Part shown: positions 20,059 to 29,836 of the stretch, in pieces
How the letters are laid out: every line of letters begins with the position of its first letter
Numbering within the stretch: position 1 is the stretch's first letter
Source of the DNA: an uncultured Candidatus Entotheonella sp.
GTDB lineage: Bacteria > Tectomicrobia > Entotheonellia > Entotheonellales > Entotheonellaceae
Assembly: GCA_965217185.1 (NCBI GenBank)
Contig: OZ244252.1
Span: 1,184,001 to 1,248,000 of the forward strand
Direction: 5' to 3'
Length of the DNA: 64,000 nucleotides
The notes under the pieces: model-generated
Seen by the model: the letters and a program-made list of their open reading frames with translations, nothing else
Told to the model about the DNA's origin: nothing
The model's database searches: none
Translations under genes and position numbers: made by a program

Positions 20059-21195
20059 TTACCATCCGAGGGCATCGGCGAGACGGCGACGATGGTAGCG
20101 GGCGTCCCCGAGAAAGTGGTACAGGGTGCGCGAGCGCTGCGTATGCAGGGTCAGGCCGTACTCGCGCATCACGCCCACGCCGGCGTGAACCTCGTGCCCA
20201 CCGGCGCAGACCTTGAGACATGCCTCGCTTGTTACCGCCTTGGCCAGGTGAACGCTGGACCGCGCGTCGCGTCCGGAATCGAGCTTCCAAAGCGCTTCGT
20301 AAGTCGTCCAACGCGCGGCATCCAGGTGGTTGACGGCGCCGATGATATGGTCCTGGACGCGCTGAAACCGTCCGATCGGCTGCGAAAATTGGTGTCGGGT
20401 CCGGCTGTAGGCTACGGACATGTCCACGACGGCTTGGCAGGAACCTACCTGATAGGCGCAGAGGACGGGAATCGCGCCTATTGACGCGGCTTCGAGGATG
20501 TCCCATCCATTTCCAGGCGTGTCGCCCAGAACGTTTGCGTCCGGCACCCGCACGTTGTCGAAACGGATCTCGTCCACCTGCGACATCCAGCCTGGTAGCG
20601 TTCGGATCGCGACGCCGGGGCCGTCGGCTTCCATCACGAAAAAGGTGATGCCGCTCCCTGGGCCGTTGTCGGGCGGCGCCGTACGGGCGGCGCACAGCAG
20701 GTGCGTTGCCGCCTGGGCGTCGTGCACGAAGAGTTTGGTGCCGTTGAGGATGTAATGGCCCCCCTGCCGGCTGGCCGGCATCTGTACCGTGTCAGGATTC
20801 CAGCCGTACTGGGGCTCGGTAACGGCGACGCTCAGCACTGTCGTTCCTTGCGCGGCGCCCGTCAGCAATTCCTGTTTCTGGGCTTCCGTGCCGCCCAGCA
20901 GGACGATAAGGGTGCCAAGGACGCTCGACGAAAAATGGGGGCCCAGAACGGGGCCGCGTCCCAGTTCCTCGAACAGGACAGCGGTGTCGGTGAGGGAACG
21001 GTCGGTGCCGCCGTAGGATTCAGGGATCAAGATGCCCAGCCAGCCAAGGTCGGCCGCCTGGCGGAAGAGTTCGGGGGTGATGCCCGTGGGGGTTTTTTCC
21101 AAGGCGATCAGCGTATCTTTGTCATATTCCTGCCGCACGAAATCAGCGGCTGCCGTCTTGAGTATCTCTTGGGCTTCCGTCAATCCCAGGTCCAT
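20059..21195 (-). CDS. Acyl-CoA dehydrogenase family protein (beta-type subunit of a heteromeric ACAD pair)
   Basis: LNGTKLFV, RHQFSQPIGRFQ and EVHAGVG motifs; tandem with the adjacent ACAD. Confidence 0.88.
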   Translation of the reverse strand: MDLGLTEAQEILKTAAADFVRQEYDKDTLIALEKTPTGITPELFRQAADLGWLGILIPESYGGTDRSLTDTAVLFEELGRGPVLGPHFSSSVLGTLIVLLGGTEAQKQELLTGAAQGTTVLSVAVTEPQYGWNPDTVQMPASRQGGHYILNGTKLFVHDAQAATHLLCAARTAPPDNGPGSGITFFVMEADGPGVAIRTLPGWMSQVDEIRFDNVRVPDANVLGDTPGNGWDILEAASIGAIPVLCAYQVGSCQAVVDMSVAYSRTRHQFSQPIGRFQRVQDHIIGAVNHLDAARWTTYEALWKLDSGRDARSSVHLAKAVTSEACLKVCAGGHEVHAGVGVMREYGLTLHTQRSRTLYHFLGDARYHRRRLADALGW

Positions 21196-21235
21196 GCCCG
21201 ACCGTTCCTTTCTTTAACCCCGAGTTCCGGCCCGC

Positions 21236-22468
21236 TCAGCGCAACCGGCCTGCCTGCTCCTTGGCGGTGCGCCCGATGCCGATGCGCCGTGACATGACCA
21301 CTTTCTGTATATCCGTCGTCCCACCAGGGTGCAGGCCGACCACAGCAGCGCGCTGATAGTGTTCCAGCAGACCCTGCAGCGGACCCCACTGCGGATCATT
21401 CGTCATCGCGTAGGGACCGAGGGCGCGCAGCATGGTTTCGGCCATTTCCAGTGCCGTGACCTTGCGGTAGTAGGATCCCTGCGGACCTTCGTAGGACCTG
21501 GGCTTGTGGGCATGGCTAAGCCAGTAGGTGCGCAGGCCGAAGAGGCGGTTGACCTCGCTCTTGAGGTACACGTCGACCATGTCGTCGCGGACGTCCGCAT
21601 TCTGGCTGAGGGTGGCGCCGTTGTGTTTGGTTGTGGTGCAGTACTCGAGGAATTGGTCCACGATGCGGTTGCGGCGAACGATGCCGCCGCCGCCATGCTC
21701 CAGCTCCAGATGCGTGGTGGCCACTTGCCAGCCATTGTTCTCGCCGCCGACCAGATTGAAGGCCGGCACCCGCACGTTGTCGAAAAATATGGTGTGCTTG
21801 AGTCCGGGGGAAGCGCCGCCCTCGCCGCCGGCGGTGAGCAGCTCCATAGGGCGCACCTCGATGCCGGGCAGGTCGTAAGGGATCATCAGCCAGCCGAGGT
21901 TGTGGTGCCGCGGCGCCTCGGGGTCGGTGACCACGATGGTCCACATCATCTCGCAGCCGTACAGACTGCCGATATAGATTTTCTGCCCATTGACTACGTA
22001 TGAATCACCATCGCGTACGGCCCGCGTCTGTACGCCCGCCAGGTCGGAGCCGGCGTTCGGCTCGCTGAGCAATTGCCAGGTGCGCCACTCGCCGCGAAAG
22101 ATCGGCGGCAGAAAGTGCAGCTTTTGCTCCTCCGTGCCCCATACGAAGATGCTGGCGCCGCCCAGGCGGCCGCCGGAGTCGTAATAGGGCGGCAGGTGCA
22201 GGCCGCAGCGGTCCAGTTCCTCTTCCAGGATGATGACGAAATCGACCGACAGGTCGCCGCCGCCGTATACCTGCGGATAGGTGGGATACAGCCAGCCCTT
22301 GGCGCCCAGACGGCGGCCCAGCTCGCGCAGCCTGTGATATTGCTCCAGTGTGAGGTCCGCCGGATCGACCGGTTGCGTCAAGTCCGCCGGGATATTCTCG
22401 CTCAGCCAGCCGCGCACCTCGGCACGGAATGCCTCCTGCTCGGGCGTATACGTCACTTCGAAGTCCAT
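21236..22468 (-). CDS. Acyl-CoA dehydrogenase family protein (alpha-type subunit)
   Basis: MDFEVTYTPEQEAFRAEVR start; SEPNAGSDLA, NGQKIY and HPGGTTDIQK motifs. Confidence 0.9.
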   Translation of the reverse strand: MDFEVTYTPEQEAFRAEVRGWLSENIPADLTQPVDPADLTLEQYHRLRELGRRLGAKGWLYPTYPQVYGGGDLSVDFVIILEEELDRCGLHLPPYYDSGGRLGGASIFVWGTEEQKLHFLPPIFRGEWRTWQLLSEPNAGSDLAGVQTRAVRDGDSYVVNGQKIYIGSLYGCEMMWTIVVTDPEAPRHHNLGWLMIPYDLPGIEVRPMELLTAGGEGGASPGLKHTIFFDNVRVPAFNLVGGENNGWQVATTHLELEHGGGGIVRRNRIVDQFLEYCTTTKHNGATLSQNADVRDDMVDVYLKSEVNRLFGLRTYWLSHAHKPRSYEGPQGSYYRKVTALEMAETMLRALGPYAMTNDPQWGPLQGLLEHYQRAAVVGLHPGGTTDIQKVVMSRRIGIGRTAKEQAGRLR

Positions 22469-22664
22469 TTGATGTCTCCACGGGATTTTTAGGCCACGCC
22501 GAAGGCGGGCGTCATCATAGCAGGGTTGGCGAAGGGTAATCCAGCGAGCGGCTTGTTGGCCGGGATGTTCCCAGGCTCCACGTGATTGTCTCGGCAGGTG
22601 GTATATTGAGGTCATTCAACTGAGGCGCAGCGACAAGCCAAGAACACCAACGGGAGGGCCGACC

Positions 22665-24113
22665 ATGCCGGCAAGAACAGGTGGCGAATATATCGCAGGG
22701 CTGCGACAGAATCCGCCGGAGCTCTACCTGCAAGGCGAGCGAGTTGAGGACCCAACGACCCATCCGGGCCTGGGCAACGGGGTGCATACCCTGGCCCGGC
22801 TGTACGACATGCAGCACGACCCGGAATTGCAGGACGCGATGACCTACGCGTCGCCGACTACGGGCGACCGGGTGGGCCTTTCATTTATCACCCCCCGCAG
22901 CATTGAGGACCTTGAGCGGCGGAATACGATGATGACGCACTGGGCGCGCGTCAGTTGCGGCATGATGGGCCGCACGCCGGATTTCCTGAACGTGAGCTTC
23001 ATGGCCATGGCCGCGGCGGGGGAATACTTTGCCCGCAACCGCCCGGAGTTCCAACACAACGTCCGGGCTTATTACGAATACGTCCGTGAGAACGACTTCG
23101 TGCTCACGCACACCCTGATCAATTTGCAGCGCAGCCGCCTGCCCTCCGGCAGCGGGCTGGATGATACGACCGACGTTGCCCTGTCGGTGGTAAAGGAAAC
23201 GGACGCCGGCATCGTCGTCAATGGCGCCCGCGTACTGGCCACCCTGCCAATTGCGGATGAGATCGCCGTTTATCCGGCCCGCTCCCATCGCCTGCCTGCC
23301 GGTGCCCAGGCAAGGACTTCCTTCGCTTTCGCCCTGCCTTGCAACGCACCGGGCCTGAAGTTTCTCTGCCGGGAAAGCTTCGACCTGCAGCGCTCGCGCT
23401 TCGACCACCCCCTGGGCTCGCGTTTCGAGGAGATGGACGCGATCGCGTTCTTTGACAACGTGCTGGTTCCCTGGGAACGGGTGTTCCTGCTGGGCGACGT
23501 GGACCTGTGCAACGAGATGTCCATACAGACCGGCCAGTACGTGCACTCGGGGCACCAGGTGGTCACCAAGAATGTGGTCAAGTGCGAGTTCGTCCTGGGA
23601 TTGGCCAACCTGATGGTGCAGACGCTGGGCTCCGGCCAGTTGCCGCAGGTGCAGCAAATGACGGCCGAGATCATCGAGAACCTGGAGGTGACCAAGGCGT
23701 GCCTGCGCGCTGCCGAGGTGGATGCGGAGATCGACGAATGGGGCGTCATGTCCCCCGCCGAAACGCCCATCATGGTGGCCCGCCAACTGTTCATGCGTAT
23801 GTATCCGAGGATGGCCGAGATCCTGCACCTGCTGGGCTCAAGCAGCCTCATGGCGCTGCCGACCGAGGCCGACCTCGACGGCCCGTTGGCGCCGCAGATT
23901 CATCGGTACCTTGAGACGGATACGGCGTCGGCGGAAGACCGGGTCCGCCTGTTCCGCCTGGCGTGGGATACCTGCTGCAGCGCCTTTGCGTCTCGCCAAG
24001 TCTTGTATGAGCGCTTCTTCCAGGGCGATCAGGTGCGCAACGCGTTCCTGCTGAACGCGCTGTACGACAAACAGCCGATGACTGACCGGGTGCGGGCCTT
24101 TCTGGAGGAATGA
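22665..24113 (+). CDS. hpaB: 4-hydroxyphenylacetate 3-monooxygenase oxygenase component-like (two-component FADH2-dependent hydroxylase)
   Basis: GMMGRTPDFLN, FDHPLGSRFEEMDA, FDNVLVPWERVF and RQVLYERFF motifs. Confidence 0.88.
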   Translation: MPARTGGEYIAGLRQNPPELYLQGERVEDPTTHPGLGNGVHTLARLYDMQHDPELQDAMTYASPTTGDRVGLSFITPRSIEDLERRNTMMTHWARVSCGMMGRTPDFLNVSFMAMAAAGEYFARNRPEFQHNVRAYYEYVRENDFVLTHTLINLQRSRLPSGSGLDDTTDVALSVVKETDAGIVVNGARVLATLPIADEIAVYPARSHRLPAGAQARTSFAFALPCNAPGLKFLCRESFDLQRSRFDHPLGSRFEEMDAIAFFDNVLVPWERVFLLGDVDLCNEMSIQTGQYVHSGHQVVTKNVVKCEFVLGLANLMVQTLGSGQLPQVQQMTAEIIENLEVTKACLRAAEVDAEIDEWGVMSPAETPIMVARQLFMRMYPRMAEILHLLGSSSLMALPTEADLDGPLAPQIHRYLETDTASAEDRVRLFRLAWDTCCSAFASRQVLYERFFQGDQVRNAFLLNALYDKQPMTDRVRAFLEE

Positions 24114-24369
24114 CGGGTGTTTATTTGTCGATTGCCTTTCATGGGCCCGTGCCGGTTTCCCCCTGATTTTGCTTGCTATGCGTGGATATATTCACTAGAG
24201 TAACGCAACCGTTTTTCCTACTGTGACCCCTTGCCTGCAAGAGGCTAACAACCTGCTCTGGACGTCCGGTAAACCATGCCGACAAAGCAGGGGATAGTTG
24301 TTACATCGTGCCTGGGGAGATATCGCAGGGGGTACTGCTACTCTGCTGAGGCATACTCGGGGTGAGGAT

Positions 24370-25041
24370 ATGTTCGTGAACCGTTCCAGACGATGCGGGC
24401 CTCTGCTTCTCATGGCCGTGCTATCCGTTTGCGGCGTTTTGGCCGCCATGTCCCTGTTCGACGTGCGGACGGCGGTCGCCGCCGAGAGTGAGAAGCTGAT
24501 CAAATATCTTGGTCACCTGGAAAACAAACGCTGTCACAATTGCCACGAAGAACAATACGTCTCGTGGAAGAAGACCAAGCACGCCGACGCCATGGAATCC
24601 CTGGAGCCGGGGACGGACGTGGGGGCCAAAAAGAAGGCCAAGCTCGACCCGACGAAGGACTACACGGAGGACCCGAAGTGCGTGAAGTGCCACGTCACCG
24701 GCTGGGAGAAAGGCGGCTACGTCATCGGCAAGATGCGCAAGATGAGAAAGCTGGGCGGCGTGGGGTGCGAGACGTGCCACGGCCCCGCCGGCGATTATCA
24801 GCCCGTGAAGGATAGCTATTCGGAAGACGACTGGCCGCGCGAAGAGGTCATTGCTGCGGGCATGAAGTACAGCGAACTCGAGACCTGCACGTATTGCCAC
24901 AATACGGACCCGGACAACCCGTTCCCGGAGCCGGACTTTGCGGACGACGCCTATTGGGAAGGTCTTGAAGAAGCCCATAAACACGTGCCGCTCAAAAAGC
25001 ACGAGATTCGCCCGGACAGCGAGTGGTTGTACGAGGAATAG
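24370..25041 (+). CDS. Tetraheme cytochrome c554 (CycA-like)
   Basis: Signal peptide and four CxxCH (CHNCH, CVKCH, CETCH, CTYCH). AMESL...AKLDPTKDYT and GVGCETCHGP match Nitrosomonas c554 as recalled. Confidence 0.85.
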   Translation: MFVNRSRRCGPLLLMAVLSVCGVLAAMSLFDVRTAVAAESEKLIKYLGHLENKRCHNCHEEQYVSWKKTKHADAMESLEPGTDVGAKKKAKLDPTKDYTEDPKCVKCHVTGWEKGGYVIGKMRKMRKLGGVGCETCHGPAGDYQPVKDSYSEDDWPREEVIAAGMKYSELETCTYCHNTDPDNPFPEPDFADDAYWEGLEEAHKHVPLKKHEIRPDSEWLYEE

Positions 25042-25080
25042 GCCGGCGGTGATTGGCATTCTGTTTTCAGGGGGAGCAAC

Positions 25081-26052
25081 ATGAAATGGCTTGGCTTTTG
25101 GAAAACACGCCGGAAACCGCGTCGTAAGGAACGGCTCTTATCCCGGCGCAGCCTGTTACGCAGGGGCGGCTGGCTGGGGTCATTGGGCATGCTGCTTGGC
25201 GGCGGTTTGGCCGGTGGCGCGCGGGCGGCCACCGATGAGGGCAGCGCCTTCTCGGACGGCATCGGGGACTTTTTTCAGAAGCAATACCAGGAAATGACCA
25301 AGGACGAGATTCAGGGGGCGATCGGCCGTATCGAACGCAAGGCAAAGCGGCGCTATGACGTGGATATCAAGGTGGGTGACGCGCCGCCGCCGCCCGGCGT
25401 GGTGTTCGGGTTTGCGCTCAATTTGTCGCGCTGCACCGGGGTGCGGGAATGCGTGGAGGCGTGCGTGCAGGAAAACAATCTGAGCCGCTCGCCGCAGGTG
25501 CAATACATTCGCGTGGTGGAATTGAAGAAGGGCTCCTTGGACCTCCACGAATCCAACCATTATTACGACACCGAAAAGGTGCCCCTGCCCGACAAAATTT
25601 ACATGCCCATGCAGTGCGTGCAGTGCAACAACCCGCCTTGCGTGAAGGCATGCCCCGTAGACGCGACATGGCTGGAGCCGGACGGCATTGTGGTGACGGA
25701 CTATGACTGGTGCATCGGGACGCGCGCCTGCATGGCGGCCTGCCCGTATTCGGCGCGGCGTTTCAACTGGGCTGACCCGGTCATCCCGAAGGACGAGATC
25801 AACACCGACACCCATTTTCTGGGCAACCGGCCCAGGGAACGCGGCGTCGTGGAAAAGTGCACCAACTGCATTCAACGGTCGCGCAATGGCCGCAATCCGG
25901 CCTGCGTGGAGGCCTGCCCCACCGGCGCGCGGGTGTTTGGCAATCTGCTCGATCCCACCAGTGAGATTCGCTACGTCCTTGACAACAAGCGCGTGTTCCG
26001 TCTGAAAGAGGAAGCCGGCTGCGATCCCAAGTTCTGGTATTACTTTGATTGA
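25081..26052 (+). CDS. Tat-exported four-cluster Fe-S protein (NrfC/DsrO/PsrB family)
   Basis: SRRSLL Tat motif; Cys groups CTGVRECVEAC, CVQCNNPPCVKACP, CIGTRACMAACP and CTNC...CVEACP. Confidence 0.9.
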   Translation: MKWLGFWKTRRKPRRKERLLSRRSLLRRGGWLGSLGMLLGGGLAGGARAATDEGSAFSDGIGDFFQKQYQEMTKDEIQGAIGRIERKAKRRYDVDIKVGDAPPPPGVVFGFALNLSRCTGVRECVEACVQENNLSRSPQVQYIRVVELKKGSLDLHESNHYYDTEKVPLPDKIYMPMQCVQCNNPPCVKACPVDATWLEPDGIVVTDYDWCIGTRACMAACPYSARRFNWADPVIPKDEINTDTHFLGNRPRERGVVEKCTNCIQRSRNGRNPACVEACPTGARVFGNLLDPTSEIRYVLDNKRVFRLKEEAGCDPKFWYYFD

Positions 26053-26106
26053 GCCATACCATCCGACCGTAACGGCAACCCACGAACGATAAAGAGTCAT
26101 CAGGTT

Positions 26107-27318
26107 ATGCGGGCATTCGGGAGCTTTTGCTTCGACTGTGTGAAGTTGGCGCTTCGCGGCAAGTGGTATTACTGGCTTTGGCTGGTGGTGCTGCTGGCGG
26201 GCGTCGGGGTGGGCGTCAAGTACTACGGCGGCCAACTTACCGAAGGCATGGTTGTCACGCACCTGAGCGACCAGGTAAATTGGGGACTCTACATTGCCAA
26301 TTTCATCTTCATGGGCGGGATCGCCGCCGCGTCGATCGTGCTGGTCATCGCCGCCATCCTCTATGAGCGCGAGGACGTCAGTCAGGCGGCGTTAATGGGC
26401 GTTGCGGTGGCGTTGTCGGCGGTGATCATGAGCTCGCTCTACATCCTCGTCGACCTCGGCAGGCCGGACCGCCTCTGGCACATGATTCCGTTTATCGGCA
26501 GGTACAATTTCCCCTACTCCCTGCTGTCGTGGGACGCTTTGGTGCTGAACGTCTACCTGCTGTTCACGCTATGGCTGGCCGGCACCATGTTGTTCAGGAA
26601 TTACCGCTGGCATGATCAGACGGCTCCAATTATGCGGCGGTGGGTAGGTGTTGCGGCCATGGCGTTTGTCATAGGGATGGTAACGGTCGAGGCGTTCCTG
26701 CTGTCCGGGTACGAGGCGCGTCCGTTTTGGAATACGGCTGTCCTGGCGCCTCGCTTCCTGGCAGCCGCTTTCGTTTCGGGGCCAGCCGTCATCATTCTGG
26801 TGCTCCAGGTGGTGGGCTGGTTCGACAAACAACGAGCGGCGGCACCGGCGATTGACTTGCTCGCAACCATTATGCAGGCAGCGTTGCTGTTCAATCTCTT
26901 TCTCGTCGGCGTAGAAATGTTTACCCACTTTTACACGCAGGGTGAGCATGCCATATCCGCGAATTATCTCTACTTCGGGCTGAAGGGATTTGGCCGGCTC
27001 GTGCCGTGGATTTGGATTGCGCACGGCTTAGGCGTGGCTGCCGTCTGCCTCGTTTTGGTGCGGGCGTTGCGTCAGCGGCGGGTGCTTTTGAATATCGCGT
27101 GCCTGCTGGCAATTGCTGAAATTTGGATTGAGAAGACGATGGGCCTGGTCATTCCCGGATTTATCCCCACCTCCATGGGCGAGGTTTTCGAATACATGCC
27201 GGCCGATGCCGAGATATTCATTTCCGTCGGGGTCTTATGCATCGGATTGCTGGTGTTCACGGTTCTGGCCAAAATCGCCCTGCCCATTGTGCTTGGCCGC
27301 GTGAGATATTCAACCTGA
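26107..27318 (+). CDS. NrfD/PsrC/DsrP-family membrane quinol-interacting subunit
   Basis: About 10 TM segments; WGLYIANFIF, DLGRPDR and RPFWNT motifs. Confidence 0.9.
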   Translation: MRAFGSFCFDCVKLALRGKWYYWLWLVVLLAGVGVGVKYYGGQLTEGMVVTHLSDQVNWGLYIANFIFMGGIAAASIVLVIAAILYEREDVSQAALMGVAVALSAVIMSSLYILVDLGRPDRLWHMIPFIGRYNFPYSLLSWDALVLNVYLLFTLWLAGTMLFRNYRWHDQTAPIMRRWVGVAAMAFVIGMVTVEAFLLSGYEARPFWNTAVLAPRFLAAAFVSGPAVIILVLQVVGWFDKQRAAAPAIDLLATIMQAALLFNLFLVGVEMFTHFYTQGEHAISANYLYFGLKGFGRLVPWIWIAHGLGVAAVCLVLVRALRQRRVLLNIACLLAIAEIWIEKTMGLVIPGFIPTSMGEVFEYMPADAEIFISVGVLCIGLLVFTVLAKIALPIVLGRVRYST

Positions 27319-27330
27319 AACCCCGGGGCC

Positions 27331-27807
27331 TCATTTTTGGCGCGCCTCCCGCGTCCCCTTGAGGCTGAACACGTAGGCGACCACCTGCAAGAGCCTCCTC
27401 CTGCCTAAGGCGTAACCCCATGGCCCCATGGGGGTTCCCTTCACGCCGTTGGTTACGACCTTGACCAAGTCCTCGTACCTGTCGCCGTGAATCTGCTCGT
27501 TGTCGCTGAAATCGGGACACTGTGCGCCGGTGCCATTGCGGCCGTGACAACCCCAGCAGTAGGTGTGGAAGGTGCGCTTGCCGAGCGCGATGGCTTCGGC
27601 ATCCCCCTCCAGGCTGTCGGGGATACGTTGGGCAAGGGCCGATACCTCTCCCTTGTCCGGCGCCTTCCTCTGTGCGGAATCCGTTGCCCAGACTTCAGTT
27701 GGTGCCCTGGAGAGGTCGAATTTCAAAGGCATTGTGGCCGCCAAGAGGGCGCCCATGGTTATGGCCGAGACGACAGAACCGGATCCGTAAATCAAACGCC
27801 GCATCAC
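27331..27807 (-). CDS. Monoheme class I cytochrome c (CcoP-domain-like)
   Basis: CWGCH and a distal Met in GTPMGPW; N-terminal hydrophobic segment. Confidence 0.85.
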   Translation of the reverse strand: MMRRLIYGSGSVVSAITMGALLAATMPLKFDLSRAPTEVWATDSAQRKAPDKGEVSALAQRIPDSLEGDAEAIALGKRTFHTYCWGCHGRNGTGAQCPDFSDNEQIHGDRYEDLVKVVTNGVKGTPMGPWGYALGRRRLLQVVAYVFSLKGTREARQK

Positions 27808-28092
27808 GTTACCTTATGAGTATTGGATAGAGTCGCAGGTGCTGGTATTCAGAGCTATGGCACATGACAGAGGAAGCGTAATGCTATGTGCAGCTTGGTC
27901 TTTTCGCAACCAATTGTACCTGGACCGAATTGATTAATGGGCATGGTTTCCGCCGTTTTTGCCTTGCGATTGCAAGGGCGTTCCATTACAGTGCCGGAAC
28001 TTTAGGGAGCCCTGCAGATAACTCGCCCTGGCAGCATGCCTAGATCATAAATTGCCCAGGGCCAACCATAATCCTACGACCCGAAGCGCCCC

Positions 28093-28845
28093 ATGGATGT
28101 CCGACACATCTCCTGGTTGTATCTGACTGCTTTGTTCGTTCTCTGTGGCGCAGTTTATCTCACCGCTGGATACCTGGGCTCGATATCGCTGCCGGCATTT
28201 GCAGAGGACAGGGAGCCAGCGTCGGCCGTTGCCGACCAGCCGTCCGAAATGACCCCTTCGGCTGCCGAGGTTTGGGACAGCGTGGATACAACCGGTGTAG
28301 AGGAAGAGTTGGTCGAGACAGTTTACGATGCGGACAAGGGCGCTTGGGTGATTGTCGGGGAGCGAGGGTTCGGTGTCCGTATGTACGGGGCGCCTAAATT
28401 TCAAGTTCCCATGCGCAAGTGGGAAGATATCCCTATGTTTCCCTGTTCTGACTGCCACAAGAAAATGGAAGTCAATTACACGCCTCGAGAGCTCAAGAAG
28501 AAACACGCTGACTTGGTTGTCGATCACGGCAATGATCGTTTCTGGTGCACGGCTTGCCACGACGGCAAAGGGATGGATTTTCTGGCGTCCAAGGACGGCA
28601 GACGTATTGATATGGACCACGGATATCTGCACTGTGGTGAGTGCCATTTCAAGGCTCACAAGGATTGGGAGTACGGGGTTCATGGCCTGCGCATCGGAAT
28701 GTGGCGGGGAACCCGCGTGCTCCGCACCTGTACGGAGTGTCATGACGCCCACCAGCCTCAAATTGCTCTTGAAGCCCCGATACCGGCACCCGAGGTGCGG
28801 GGAAACTTGCAACAGTTCGCCGACCCGGTTACGGCTCTTGATTAA
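28093..28845 (+). CDS. Periplasmic or membrane-anchored tetraheme cytochrome c
   Basis: Four CxxCH (CSDCH, CTACH, CGECH, CTECH) after a signal/anchor segment and an acidic linker. Confidence 0.85.
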   Translation: MDVRHISWLYLTALFVLCGAVYLTAGYLGSISLPAFAEDREPASAVADQPSEMTPSAAEVWDSVDTTGVEEELVETVYDADKGAWVIVGERGFGVRMYGAPKFQVPMRKWEDIPMFPCSDCHKKMEVNYTPRELKKKHADLVVDHGNDRFWCTACHDGKGMDFLASKDGRRIDMDHGYLHCGECHFKAHKDWEYGVHGLRIGMWRGTRVLRTCTECHDAHQPQIALEAPIPAPEVRGNLQQFADPVTALD

Positions 28846-28905
28846 TCGTGAGGGCGTTGCGGACCGGTGAGTGTGAGCCCGAATACGGGTCAATGGAATT
28901 GTCCT

Positions 28906-29394
28906 ATGATTTGGCGTGAGGCGATAACGCGACGAGGCTTATTGGGCAAACTGACCGCCCTTTCCACACTGTTGCTCTTCCGGCGCCGTGCGCAGGGAGA
29001 GCCCGAATTCGATATCGCCCCTGAGCCCCCCCCGGTCTACACTTTGGAAGAACGCTTGACACCAATCTTGGCCGGTAGAACGCCCAAGCACGAGCGGGTA
29101 ACGTTGACCCTGCCTCCCCATGCTGAGGACGGGGGCACGGTACCGATGCAACTGGACGTGGAAAGCCCGATGACAGACGGAGACCATGTCCAAAATTTAT
29201 ACGTGATCGCTGATCAGAATCCTGACCCGTTGGTTTTCTCGGCGAGCCTTCATCCTGGAGGCGGGCAAGTGCGGTGGAAATTGAACATTCGGTTGGCCGA
29301 TAACTCCCGGGTTCGAGCGATCGCGGAAATGAATAACGGCGACCTGTTTGTACAAGAAGTCGAGGTCGAAGTACTTGTCGGTGGTTGTGGGTGA
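28906..29394 (+). CDS. soxY: Sulfur carrier protein SoxY
   Basis: Tat motif TRRGLL, AEDGGTVP, DQNPDP and C-terminal swinging arm VLVGGCG; alternative GTG start at 28867. Confidence 0.88.
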   Translation: MIWREAITRRGLLGKLTALSTLLLFRRRAQGEPEFDIAPEPPPVYTLEERLTPILAGRTPKHERVTLTLPPHAEDGGTVPMQLDVESPMTDGDHVQNLYVIADQNPDPLVFSASLHPGGGQVRWKLNIRLADNSRVRAIAEMNNGDLFVQEVEVEVLVGGCG

Positions 29395-29434
29395 TTGGAT
29401 CGGCAACCGACCAAAGAAGGATTCGTGAGCGCTT

Positions 29435-29764
29435 ATGTTAAAGATAGGTAGACGCGCGGTTCGCTTGCCTCGTCATGAATACGGCAAGGATGACGTGATT
29501 GAGGTCAAGACTCGTATCATTCATCCGAATCATAATGGTCGGCACAAGTACGAGGATAAAGGTTATATTGCCCGGCACTTCATAAATCTAATCGAAGTCT
29601 ACTATGGCGACCAACGCATTATCTCTGTGGATGCCTCCGCCGGCTTAAGCCAGAATCCCTATTTCACGTTTGCCCTGAAGACCACCCATTCGGCTTCGTT
29701 GCGGGTGGTTTGGAAAGATACTCGCGGAGAGGAATACACCGAAACCGTGGATATCCACGTTTAG
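29435..29764 (+). CDS. soxZ: Sulfur carrier partner SoxZ
   Basis: IIHPNHNG...ARHFI, LSQNPYFTF and VVWKDTRG motifs; directly follows soxY. Confidence 0.88.
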   Translation: MLKIGRRAVRLPRHEYGKDDVIEVKTRIIHPNHNGRHKYEDKGYIARHFINLIEVYYGDQRIISVDASAGLSQNPYFTFALKTTHSASLRVVWKDTRGEEYTETVDIHV

Positions 29765-29836
29765 TTTCCCTCGGGTATTGGCGGCTTTTCAGGTTTGTCG
29801 GTGTCTGTCGCGCGGATACATTTCGTAGAGGGTGGC

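Noticed and set aside
24370..25041. c554 as evidence of ammonia or hydroxylamine oxidation
   Set aside because: No hao, amo or cycB in the window; c554 alone is insufficient.
27938..27954. Sigma54-like GG-N10-GC upstream of the tetraheme cytochrome gene
   Set aside because: Poor match at the -12 element (TCCGC rather than TTGC); likely chance.
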